Positions 51,900 through 64,000 of a stretch of DNA of 64,000 nucleotides are shown here, one piece after another. A program made the position numbers and the translations under genes. The stretch comes from Euprymna scolopes (Eukaryota). Under the pieces are notes generated by a model. The model saw only the letters and a program-made list of their open reading frames with translations, did not search any database and was not told the DNA's origin. Position 1 is the first letter of the stretch. The number at the start of each line of letters is the position of its first letter. The stretch is taken from the NCBI GenBank assembly GCA_053919585.1, contig CM132786.1. The stretch is one strand, 5' to 3'.

Positions 51900-53400
51900 C
51901 TTTTCGTTTAAGTTTTTAATTTATTATACTTACCATACAAAGATGTGTAATTAGACCACATTTGCTTTAGATAGTTTACTAATTTCCTATTTGTCGTTCT
52001 ATAAGGGGGGTATCTATGGTATATCTCCGATTGCTTCTGCTAAATATGTTATTATCTTTCTTCTTAAAGTTAGCGCTCCAATGTCGCATCGTCCTATCAA
52101 ACTAATCCATTCTATTTGACTGTTTTTGTATGTCTGTGCTTCTGCCATTTGCCATTCATTGGTTGAATCAGAATCATCAAAAATGAGTCTGCAACAGAGC
52201 AATTTATGAGAGAGAAATTAGCTATTCTCAAAGTATCCATTATTCTATCTCATCTAGAAATTTATGTTGGAGAATTTATAGTGTCGTAAATACTGACCAG
52301 TATTTTCCCCCAGCTATGTATAAGCTCCAAGGTTATTTCAGCCCTTAAAAGTAAGATTGATCTCGCTACTGTGTTTTTTAAAGAATCTTAGCTCGATGAT
52401 CATGGGGTTTTTTATTCGAGTGTTTACTTGAAAATCACATCAGACTCTTGACACTGTAATTATCGCATCAAAGATTGTTACTAAAAGTTTTGCTGATTTT
52501 AAATCTAAGTTTTTGTACTGGTATTATTATCGTTGATCTTTAAACGTTGTGTGCGCCAAAATTTTCTATTATCCTAAATATATTATTTTTTTTGCTTGTC
52601 TCTGCCTTATTTTTGTACTTCTTAGAAAAAAAAAGTCTGATGTTTCTATTTTTAAATTTTCTGCCGATTTATCTAATCCAAGTAAATTTCGTCCTGTTAG
52701 TATTCCCCATGTCATAATCACTTTTTTACGTTGGCCAACCGACATCTTGCTTATTCATTGAATAATCTTGACTAATTTAGTGAGGGTTTATGATGTACTC
52801 ATTGTATTTGTTAAACAGCTGATTTATTAATTGCTTTAACTGAACGGATTTTCGGTTAATGGATAATTTCGCCAGGTGTAGAGCCCTTGCGGTTTATATT
52901 TCAATGGCGTTCGTCTGAGTGTCTTGTCGTGTTTTCCTAAGTGGACATCAAAATTATGGTATTTATGGTAACGGTCCTAACAAAATAGTTATTTTTTTCA
53001 TTCTGACCGAAAATTGCGAGCATCGCTTGCGAGAGTATCTTAATGTTTTCCCATAAATATCCATACTTCCCACGGCTCTTTTCTCGCTCCAAAACTGTTT
53101 CTGCTTTAAAAATTGAATTTCCAGAGAATATTATTCAGGAAAGTTACGTTTATGCTGATGGAACCGACCATTATTATAGTATTTGTTTTTTTTTATTTAT
53201 TAAACCTGTCAAAATATCGAGTTCTCATAGAAGTTGACTTCGGTTGCAATCTGAATTGTGCTAAAAGTAAAAACCTGTTTCGTTTACCCAGTAAAGTCTC
53301 AGAAATGTTCCTTCAATCGCAAGCATATCACAGCCTTCCCGAAATTCTCATGCATTACTCTACTTTCAATAAGGAAATCAGCTTTAAAAATGTTGGGTAT
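51900..53400 (-). mobile_element. Possible L1/Tx1-like LINE remnant
   Basis: Weak minus-strand similarity to LD.EKAFDRVEW.YLW.TL (~53040-53100) and IKYLG (~52570); very decayed. Confidence 0.3.
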
Positions 53401-54237
53401 CTTCTCGTCAGTTTTTCTTAGCTTATGTGCATTAATCGGTTTTACATTTCTGCTTTTCTTAAGTCGGTTAACTCTATCGCTATAAAAACTTTCTTATACC
53501 TGATCACATTCCCTATCTTTACACTTTTAATATTCGACAATACATGGAGTATTATTGTTAAAATTTGGGCATGTAAGTCTGTGTTGCATTTACAGGCTAG
53601 TGATAAACTGCAAGAACATATCTGCACTTTCTTCTCCACTGCATCTATTATCACACATTTGTGATGCTGCTAGTCTGTCTTCTCTACTAACATTATAATG
53701 ATGTGTTTCAAAACACTCCGATCTATTCCCTGCTATAGTCGGTCTTACTCATTTAAAATCGATGGTCTAGGTTGCGCCGTTAATTTGCTGTTTTAATACC
53801 TGATTGTAATACATATTCCTGGTTCAGTGGCTTTTTCCTAAGAATGCGATAAGATTGCCCTTTCTTCTAGCTCAAGGTTATTTTCTACCCGCATCCTCGA
53901 TTTTTAAAGACTAATGTCAATAGGCATTTTATGAAAATAATCATCTATCGTAATTTTAAGCTTCTTATATCATGGGCTCATGCCTTACCTCGAGCGGATT
54001 CTATTAAAAAAAGTAAAATTGTATAAAAATGATAGAGTGTACTCACACTCCACGAAGCTCTTCAAATTTTACTCGATTGGAAATATTTGATACTGACATG
54101 CCNNNNNNNNNNNNNNNNNNNNNNNNNNNNNNNNNNNNNNNNNNNNNNNNNNNNNNNNNNNNNNNNNNNNNNNNNNNNNNNNNNNNNNNNNNNNNNNNNN
54201 NNNNNNNNNNNNNNNNNNNNNNNNNNNNNNNNNNNNN

Positions 54238-55094
54238 CAAACTAGCCAACGTAGAATACAAGAAGAAGCACAACCAAGTATGGGAGTTATGCAAGCAACT
54301 GCGTGCCGAACGCACAGACAAATGGTGCAAGCGTTAGCCAGTTACTGTACTTGAAAGAGAGGATCACAAACCCCTATGCGGCATGGACATACACACGGAT
54401 AAACATACCAAAGCAAAAACACCGTAGACTTAGCTATTCCAGCTAGCGAAAGACTTAATATCAAAGTAAAGGAAAACATAGCAAATACACACAGCAAAGA
54501 AATACTGATGACAAAAAAAGAAGACGTCTAATGGTAGGAGCAACGATAAACTTTGAAAAAGGAATAATGAAAATTCAAATCAGATGAATGGATGCAAAGA
54601 TACAGGGAATACCACTAATGTAAACAGCTTAAATGCTTAAAAAAATTTGAATGCAGAGATTAATACATATGAGCCACATGCGTAGACAAGACAAACTACT
54701 GCAAAACATGGAGAAGCGTTACATGGGAGTAAGAACATGTGAGCTGCTTATCTACAGATTTTCTATCTCCTCACACATAACGTTCCCTTCCCCTACCATC
54801 GCCCCTGCCCCAAAGTTAAATGCCAAATAGCCGAGGAGAGTCAAAAAGGATAGAAAGAGCAAACCTCGGCTGGACATTGCCGCTCAAATTCCAGTGGGGA
54901 CCAATAGCCGCTTGCAGCAAGCAATCAATCCTGAGCCGCTGTTACACATTCGCAAATTTATTTGCAAATGTTATCGAAAGAGTAGGAGAGTACTGGAAAA
55001 ATAACGGACTTGTTGCTACCCAGCTTTTAAGGAACTCTATAGACTGTTTCAAGGAAAGGCCTTTGATTGGGTGTGTGAAAGCTTGTTGCGAGCC

Positions 55095-55150
<56 letters not shown>
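54238..55150 (+). mobile_element. R4/Dong-like REL LINE 3' end with 3' UTR and (AAT)n tail
   Basis: KLANVEYKKKHNQVWELCKQL...DKW (cf. KLAQKEYK.RHD..HWELCKK); the putative 3' UTR is homologous to 57200-57360; (AAT)n at ~55096-55150. Confidence 0.75.
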
Positions 55151-55152
<2 letters not shown>

Positions 55153-55505
55153 TATTTACCTGATATCAAAAGTAATAAATGTTCAGTAACATGCACGCCC
55201 AAAGAATCGACAAAGAGAGAGACGTATAAAAGTATGTTTCCTACAGAATAAACTCATATTAGAAAAAGCAGAAATAGCATACGCCTCAAACGCGTGCGCG
55301 TGATGCATAATTTATTTACAAAGCCGTATGTTTATCGCTGTTATTTTCCTTGTACGTTACAATTTTAAAACCTTTTTTTTTCTAAATCATCTTTACTACA
55401 AACTAACGAATAATTAAAACTCGAAGACAATATAAGCTTGTATTATGACAATGACTTTTATTACCGTCGATGTTACTCTTGGCGAAAAAATAAAGCAGTT
55501 ATATA

Positions 55506-55972
55506 CAGGGTGGTCAAAAAGTCAGGTAACATGTTAAAGGTAGAAAAAACAATATGATCCATTATAATCTCTATTCGTTTAATATTATTTCTTGGATGAA
55601 ATGTTTCCACAACGATGGATCGGTCGCCGTGGCCCAGTTGAATGGCCAGCCAGATCTCCGGATCTTACCCCTCCTGATTTCTGGCTTTGGGGCTATGTAA
55701 AGGATAGCGTTTATGGCAAGAAGCCTGATACAATAGCGTATTTAAAGTTATTTATTGAAGAGGAGATTGCGAGGATATCAGCTGACATGATTACACGTGT
55801 TACACAATCAGTGGTTAATCGCTCCCAGCGATTGATAGAGAGAAATGGACGACAATTAACAAAATAAACATATTTCATGTTTGTTTCATTTAATATTTCA
55901 ATGTATGGTACTTAAATATACTTGTATTGCGTGTTTTTCTTTAAAATTTTACCTGACTTTTTGACCACCGTG
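55506..55972 (+). mobile_element. Internally deleted DD41D (rosa-like) transposon, 467 bp
   Basis: TA-flanked 24-bp TIRs cagggtggtcaaaaagtcaggtaa with 1 mismatch; intact C-terminal coding piece FPQRWIGRRGPVEWPARSPDLTPPDFWLWGYVKDSVY (55592-55867). Confidence 0.93.
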
Positions 55973-57112
55973 TAGAAGAAAGTATTTTCTTATCAATGAA
56001 GATTCGCAAGGTAGCGTCCGTTGATCCCCAAAGAGATTAATCTGCGTATGCATAAAAAGGAGAAGATTATTCTGATAGAATCACAAGGAACTAACATGTA
56101 AATATTGTGCCGGACAAAAAATAAAAAATACAATAAAAATAAAAAAAAATAAAAAACAATAAACATAACGCCTACATAGAAAGTACAGTACTGAATAACA
56201 TTAAACTTCACCCCGCAAAATAATGAACCTCGTAATATAACTCTCAAATGAAAATGATCGGTTTAGTATGGTTTACGATCGAGTGTGGCAATGTTGCTCG
56301 TATATTACAATTACAATAACTATATCTCCTTACTTGGCCCTCCATCTTTTAAAGGAAACCCATCGTGTTTTTGGCAATGTAGACGGCTACATTGCACACT
56401 ATTAAAAACACAATTTAACAAGAGAAGCGATTATCTGTAATAAATTTAAACTTAGAATGATTTCTTGTGAACGAAGAGCCGATAATATGTACCCACTTCA
56501 TTAAACTACTTGATTAATTTGATATACCTAGATCCTCTAATCATAATCCCAAAAACAAACTTACAAATACATATAACAGAATATGAATTGAAACTTAAAA
56601 AATATAAACATAGAATTTAATGAGAAAAAAATCTTCAGACATATTTTTTCAGAGGAAAGCGCTCGAATAGTTGTGTGTTGATTGATTTGGACTAAGTCAT
56701 GTAACAGATCGTTGTCACATTCGATGGCCGACGATTATGGTGATCACCTTCATGACACTCGTGTCTACGACGAAATTCCTTAAAGAACTATTGTTCTGTG
56801 CGTTAAGTCCTGGTCCCTGACCAAAGGTTTCATTTGTATACCGAGCTGTTTCAGTAACTTTTCGGCCAAGCTTTAATTGAAACAAGAAACTTGTGCGAAT
56901 TTACTTTTTTCCTCTTTTGTATGTTACGGTTTCAAAAAGGGCATAATTGTATTAAAGAGAGTGTAATGTAAACAAAAAGAGAACACGCTCTTTAGAATTA
57001 TATATAAAATAAACAACTGTTTTGAAACCCATCATTTAAATTCAAAAAAAAAACATTCTTATAAACTTTCATCATTTTTTTTAAATTCGCTTGCATCTGT
57101 TTACAATAAAAT

Positions 57113-58690
57113 GCTGTTGTTGTTGTTGTTGTTGTTGTTGTTCTGCTTCACATAGGTATCAAACATCATTCATCGACAATAAGTTGTGGTGTTCCCTGGA
57201 AGCTGAGTTAAAAAAAGAGTCTCTCCGGGTTTCCCGTACTCTCAATTTTTTTCAGTAAAATTTGCAAATGAATTTGCGTCATCGTGAAAGCCGTTTACCA
57301 TTGATTTCTCGCTGGAAGCGACATTGATTTGCACTCCAATTTGAGTCGCAATATGCCTCTCTAGGTTTCAGTTCTCTTCGCGCTTGTCAAGCGCTCATTT
57401 GCTCAACTGCCCCTCATTTTTTACCCTTTTCGGCTGTTTGGTTTCATTTTGGTAGGGGAAGATTGGGCAATATAAGAAGGTAGGATAGCGAACTCAAAGG
57501 CATGCAGCTTTAATGTTCCGGTTTAATTTTACGGTTCTTTATGTTTTTGCTGTATAGTAGGTTATCTGGCCCGTTCATCTTACTCGTGTGTATTATTCTC
57601 TACATTCAATATTTTCCTTAAAATTTTAGCTGTTTTCATTATTGTAATTCTATGCATCTTTCCATGCATTCCTATCATCCCAATTTCTGTCTTTCTTTTT
57701 TCAAAGCTTTTGGAATGATTGCAAGCTTTTCTACTATTACAAGTATGAGCCTGATTTTATTCATCATCCCTTTCAGCTCTCTTGCTAGCTCTGTGTATTT
57801 TCTCCGTTGTTACATTTCTTCTATATTAGTTTGTCAGCTGGAACAGCAAAGTCTACGATTTGACAGGATGTTTCCCTCTTGTTAATTATTACGCCACAGA
57901 ATCTTCTTGCTTGGATCGGTTTGTCTGTTTCTATGCCCCTGTTTCATAGGATTTGCTGATTCTTGTTTTCAATTACTGTTGCCGGCTTACACTTGTACCA
58001 TTTTATTGTGTGTTCGAGATGCAGTTGTTTGTATAATTCGCAGTGAACTACCGTCTACATTTTGTCGTGCCTGTTTTTGCAAACCTTTGGACCAGTTTAT
58101 TGCATTCGCTTACTATATAGTTTATCGTTTCGTCTTTTTGGCTACAGAAATTGTATTTGTTTTTTTCCTGTGTTTTGTCGATCTTTGCTTTCAGGTGGTT
58201 GGTTCTCATCACGTTATCTTGAGCTGCAGTTATTAAGGATTCGGTCACTAGGTTTAATGTCCAAGTGTTTTCGTTATTCTAATCTTTAATCATCTTTATG
58301 AATCTTCAGTGTAGTTGTTTCCCCATGTTTTTCGCGTTATATCCTTTGTCTCTTTTCTGTTTTCTATGTTTTTAACGGTCGATCGTTATCGCGGTGATCC
58401 TTTCAGTGTTTTGCATTATCGATTTTTCTAATTCTTTGTCGTCATTCGACCAGTTTCTATAAAAATACCCCCTTTCCCGCCTCGTTTTCCTTCGTTCTTT
58501 GGGTTTAGTGCATAGTCATGACTTTGCGTGTCTACTGATTAAGCGTTTTCACTTCGTATTAATCAATCCTATGAATGGGTCAGTGTGTCTTAATAGTTAT
58601 AGTGACAATGTATTTATATCTTTTATTAATTTTCCACTATATAATTTAGAACCTAAACTGATATGGTTCTCCTGAGGTATTCTTTCAATT
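57113..58690 (-). mobile_element. R4/Dong-like REL LINE 3' portion with (AAC)n tail
   Basis: ORF 58048-58248 reads TESLITAAQDNVMRTNHLKAKIDKTQEKNKYNFCSQKDETINYIVSECNKL (CCHC knuckle region); UTR homologous to 54880-55010; (TGT)n at 57113-57141. Confidence 0.85.
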
Positions 58691-60885
58691 ACTTCTTCTA
58701 TTTCTGTTTATTATTAGTAGTACTACTACTAGTATTACGAGTAGTATAAATAGTACTAGTAGTAGTAATTAAAGAAGTAGTAGGAGGAGGATGAAAGGAG
58801 GGGAAAAAGAGGAGAGGGGGTGTTTATATTAATGGGTTAAAAGTGAGTTTAATATACTGATCAACGATAAAATTTAGCAGGTTGTAATTAACAAGGGCAG
58901 GTTTTAAGTTAGAAAATGCCTCCTAGAATAGTTCATTCGTCGAAGAACTACGTTTGTTTGGTAGATGAGATTATTCACTTTGGCCATTTTATATCTATCG
59001 CGGCATTCACTTTGAAAAAAATTATCCTTTACTGGCAGATGTTTTGTATAAGTAAGTAATAAATCTGTCGGTGTCGGCTTTAATATCTATACTGTTATTA
59101 ATCTATTTTTTATTGAAATATATTGTCGTCGTACTTAACATAGATGGATTGTTCAGGAAAGATATTGAAAACATGTTCTTTACAATTTGGCAATATAAAA
59201 TTAGAAAACACAACACGCCTTGAGATAAGCCTTATAAACTTCATTATCCTGAATATATAGGTTGCCATATGGTTCATAGAAAAAGTCCTCTGTGGTTGAG
59301 GAGATAGTAAATTTACTTAGTGTGTATGGATTGGGTTTAAATGCGGAGAAAGTTAGAGTAGCATATATATTATTGATTCTTTTTACAGTTGTATGAACAC
59401 GGACATTTGTTAGAGACCTTTCACATCAAATTAAGCTAGACGTTTATTTTTCGGATGTACTGATAAGTATATTTATTACACGTTCCGCGGAATTAACTCA
59501 ATATATATGGGGAGAAGGGAGCGAATAATTATCATATGATAACCTCCCAACAGGCAAAAGTGGTATTGCCCAGAATGCGCGCCCCTTAAAAACGACGGGG
59601 GATACCTAGCCTGCTGCCTGCTTGATTGATATCTGGACTGATCAACTACTGCTATATTGTACTAACAGTTGTTTTTTTGATTAAGTATTTTGGTGGTCTG
59701 CCATTTTTATGTGACTTTTTACTTTTTCTTTTCTCTCTTCTACCTTTTGTTTTTTTTTCTCGCTTTTGTCGGGAGTGTGTGAGAAAATAAAAATAAAAAA
59801 AGAAGATTGCTTATTTGGTGGCGCCGGCCTCGAGGGCGGAATTCTAATCTGAGTGATTGAGAGGACGAATCTCTTATAGACTTGGAGGAGTAGGGGGAGG
59901 CACAATTCTTCTGTTATAAAAGAATTGTGTCTCTGACTAGTGCCAGTTCTGTTAATGACTTACTGGTGAACGGTTGGCACAACTTAGTTACTCGCTGCTC
60001 GCCGTACTACAATACTTGTTACTCGACCCAGTAGGGGGGTCGCATAGGACATCCTTTGCAAACCCTCGGAGCTTACGCTATCACCGGGTAATCTACTTTA
60101 CCCTCTAAATAGTTTTTTTTTCCACAAATTCAAGTTATAAGTTTCATTGTTTTTAATATTAATTGAAAAAAGAGAATAGCACACACATTTCTCGATATTT
60201 TCCATTCTCATGTGTATATCTTAAGAATGTGTTCCCCAACAAATATTTTAAACAATTAAAGCTAAGCTACCGGCAGATTTATTTTCCGATTTTTACTTTT
60301 TTAAGATGACACATGGCAGTGTATTTATATCCACATATTATATGGTAAAATCTTGCTCACAATAATTAATCCAACAGCTAAACTAGATAAAAGTGTAACT
60401 ACGCGCGTCCTTCATTATGAATGGGGAAGCATCTCTACCTACATCAAAAAGATGTGGGTCATATCCTCGATAGAAAATTTATTATTAAGATTTCAGATTA
60501 TGAACTGACTTTTAGTTACTACCTTCGACTGGCTATAATTAACATGATGTACTATGAATTATATAATATAAATAATTAGAACTACCGTTTGTTCCAAAAC
60601 GCAAATTACAGCTGAAATGTTACCTCGAAATCTTGACGATCTACGACTTTGAAATAGAGCAATATACTACATTCAACGCATGCATACTTATGTAAAAGCA
60701 GTTGACATATAAACGATGGTAACAAAGTGCGACTCGACGATTATTCTTATAATCGCCATTATTCCGTTAGAACTTCCAATTAAATAAAAAATAATTTCCT
60801 TCGATAATATATATATATATATATATTATATATATGTAGTATATATATTATATATATGTAGTATATATATTATATATATATTATA

Positions 60886-60936
<51 letters not shown>

Positions 60937-61824
60937 CACCAATAGATGAATGAGTTTTTAAATTGTTCCAAAAAAGTAAGATAAGACAAATATGCACATT
61001 TTAAACATGATTTCTAAACTGAAAAACACCTTCTTAACATTGCTATTTTTATTGAAGTAATCTATTTTTGAAACGCCCTAGTTTATTAAATATTTGCTTT
61101 ATAATCAAATATTTAAAATCTCCTATTGAGCCATGAAATACATAATTAAATAATACGATGATTTATCCTCGTCTAAACTAGATTAAGACGTGCAATTTTT
61201 TAAAACTTGTAATTTATTACTAGTGTAAATATATAACGACTGTATTTCACTTCAAAAATGTTTCTCGTGGCTTTGAACTTGTTTAGTTGTAGTCTTATGT
61301 TTATTTTACGATGGTATCGCATTACTTGAAGTATAAGTTTAGTTTCACCCTACTTTAAAAAAGGCAATATAATAAACCGTGGATAATATAAGTGTAATAA
61401 AATATAATGAAAACTTGGCTTCTACACAGACGATCCTAGCATAAAAAAGATTCACAAACGAAAATATAACCTCGGTAATTGAGTTCACTCCTATATTAAG
61501 TTTTGCTACAATTATTGCGATTTTATGGACTCAGATTTGATGAGTTCGTATTTCATACACTCACTTGGAATAAATTGAAGTTGAACAAAAACGATAACAC
61601 TATTACTTTTGTTTTCACTGCAAATCGATCAGAAGTACTTAGAATTAAAAAAATGGAAATACAATTATAGGCCTTTTAAAGCTGAGACACAAGTATAATA
61701 ATAAAAGTTTTAGTGTGTAATACAACAAAGATGATCATGTTTATATCTGTATTCTTCTATAGATGATTATTGATCCGCATTATATGGATTCATCAAAACA
61801 TAATTCACATCCTCAGTGATATTT

Positions 61825-61868
61825 TCCCAACATTTTGAGCGATGTAACCTCCGATCTTCTCTAGGTGT
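61825..61868 (-). ncRNA. Possible decayed minimal (Penelope-type) hammerhead remnant
   Basis: Minus strand cac-CTAGAGA-a-gatcg-gaggttacat-cgctc-AAAA-tgtt-ggg can be derived from cac-CTGAAGA...GAAAcgtt-gtg by CpG-type changes. Confidence 0.3.
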
Positions 61869-62849
61869 ATCTTGTCGAACTCTGGCGTAATTTCGAGTGG
61901 AACCTTAACGGGTATAGGATGCTCTCAATCTATGTCAACGATTATTATAAAGGCTATATAATATATGCGATAATAAAAACAACAAGATGCATATATGATT
62001 AACGGTATTATATTCAGTAATATATAGTGATAAAAATAATATATAGTGATATATAATATTAGATATAAAATAAGTGTTTGACGTCAACTGTTCGTATTAT
62101 AACTGTTTTCGAGGTACAGTAGTTATAGTGCTTAAAAACGTCCACTGTAAATGTGAATGATGATTTACTTCGAAGTGTGAACAAAAGAAAAATACAATCG
62201 CGAATTACTTAGGACCTCAATCCAGTAATACTAGTAGAAAGACAGCAGAAAGAGGGCATGCATCGTCTGTGAAGTAAAAAAAGAAATGGTTCCGTTCGAA
62301 AGCTTGTCCAAATTTCAGAGAGCGATTGAAACATTCAGGAATTCGACAACTTTTACCTCAGGAATTTTCCGATATTATATAGAACGAAACATTACTGATA
62401 TTACGCTAAATATACGAATAGTAGCATATACATACATGCATACATACACGCATACATATATATATACATATTTATTTATATCTTTACTTATATATATATA
62501 TATTTATATATATATACACACATTGTCAATCGATTTATTGTAGATTAGCAAAATACTTATAGTTTGCTAAATATACATCACAACAATTAGAATATTATCA
62601 CAAAACGACTGCTTTAAGGTTACTTATTTCACTAATAATTATTACAATTCATGCGATATTCACAAAGTCAAGCGATTCTGTTTTTATCGAGGAATTTCTA
62701 CTGCCCATTGCTTTGTTGCAGGTCTCTTAAAATCCTGTTTTATGGCAAAAATGCAATGTCTTATCTTGCGAACATTATTTTTTATTAGATTTTCCCGTCA
62801 AAAAATAATACACACAAGCAATCTTAGGTATAATCGTCGTATAAATTAA

Positions 62850-63830
62850 TAATTTATTGACACATTCACCATTTTTTAAATTCATTAGAACAACATTTTG
62901 TCCTCTGAAGATATCAATTGTTTGATCTTAAAAGGAGTTAACGCGCCAGCAATGCCATCCATGTACCTCCACTTGCATCCTTTGAAGTCAATTGTTCTCC
63001 TCCCTCATACATTTCTTTTTTTTATAATATTGACCAGATATATTCAATAGGATAATTTTCTGGAAAACACGGTTGTCATCTCATGAGCGTTTTCCCAAAG
63101 AATCAGATAAATTCCAGGGAGGCAGCCTTCGCCCCAAGCAGAATGGGATAGTATATAGTCATGTATAAAAAAAGCATCTGAAAGCGACGTTACAATAGTA
63201 GCTCATATAGTCATCTCGACAATAGTTATCCACAAAGGCCGTGTACGCATTGCGGGTAAGCGTTACACTCTCTGACACTCGGCATGGCTTAAACAACTTT
63301 TCCCCAATGATGTCCGCCAAAAACACGATGCCTGTACCTCCTTGTTGGCGATGAACTTTGTAAGGGTCGGCGTTCCGTTCGGGTTTCAAACATATGGCCC
63401 CCTAGCCGAACCGTCAATTTTCATATAATTCTGTGTGCAAGCAATTCGTTTATCCCTATGTTGTTTGCTTAGTCGGCGTTTTGAAGGAGGTTTGATGTTC
63501 CTTGCAGTCTCATCTAACATATTCTTTCCAGTCAGCCTGGATCTTGAGCGATTCCAGTTTTATTTTATTTATTTTTTTTCCAAAATACAATGACTGGTTC
63601 TGTTTGTATTTCTGTTGACTTTCTTACGAATTTTCCGAATATCACAATCGGAAAGGTTTCTCCTGGTTCCCTTACTTTTTCTGGATTAGTGTTGGGCTTT
63701 TTGAAGAATGAAAATGTTCTTGGATTCGTTTTCCAACTCCCTGGTTAACTCCTTGATGGACACTCCTTCTGTGATTTCAGCAAATATACTTTGTTTTCTA
63801 TAACGGTTAATCGCTTGATTTTTTTCATTT
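62850..63830 (-). mobile_element. Decayed Tc1-like transposase remnant
   Basis: HRQQGGTGIVFLADIIG...CRVSESVTLT (ORF 63159-63389) and PIEYIWSI near 63030-63050; related to the 37.0-38.6 kb element. Confidence 0.75.
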
Positions 63831-64000
63831 TAAGAGATCTTCAATAAAGCGATAGACAGTGCAATTTCATTATAATAAATAAAATGCAATTACTTCGTGG
63901 TTATAGCCTGAAATTTAATATATTTTTGAGCAATGATTACCTTAAAGCAGCCTATCGATGGGACGATATTTTTGCGACGTATAATTAGTGAAATATTGAT

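Noticed and set aside
53043-53664. Cluster of overlapping short ORFs
   Set aside because: No coherent protein; probably open frames within a decayed LINE
4770-54337. Many long ORFs containing X runs, YIYIYI or IIII stretches
   Set aside because: Artefacts of N gaps and (TA)n/(AAT)n microsatellites

Overview
AT-rich eukaryotic draft scaffold, most likely from an invertebrate animal, with many short N gaps and (TA)n microsatellites. I found no convincing host protein-coding gene. The window is a transposable-element graveyard. It holds a nearly intact IR-DR Tc1 (DD34E) element with one frameshift (26.7-28.3 kb), decayed Tc1, mariner and DD41D elements, CR1-like, RTE-BovB-like, R4/Dong-like and possibly L1/Tx1 and Penelope remnants, Helitron-like non-autonomous repeats, SINE-like repeats and palindromic MITEs. 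The most notable signal is non-coding: two unrelated repeat families that each place a tRNA-derived Pol III head directly upstream of a type I hammerhead ribozyme. The first is a young, about 99% identical 321-bp tandem array at 43.2-44.0 kb with a tRNA-Asp-like head and three intact-looking hammerheads. The second is a tRNA-Ala-headed element at 11.9-12.6 kb in inverted plus partial-tandem arrangement, whose inversion junction falls at the predicted ribozyme cleavage site. Both look like SM-alpha-like or retrozyme-like self-cleaving retroelements that may make circular RNA. All calls were made by eye and boundaries of decayed elements are approximate.
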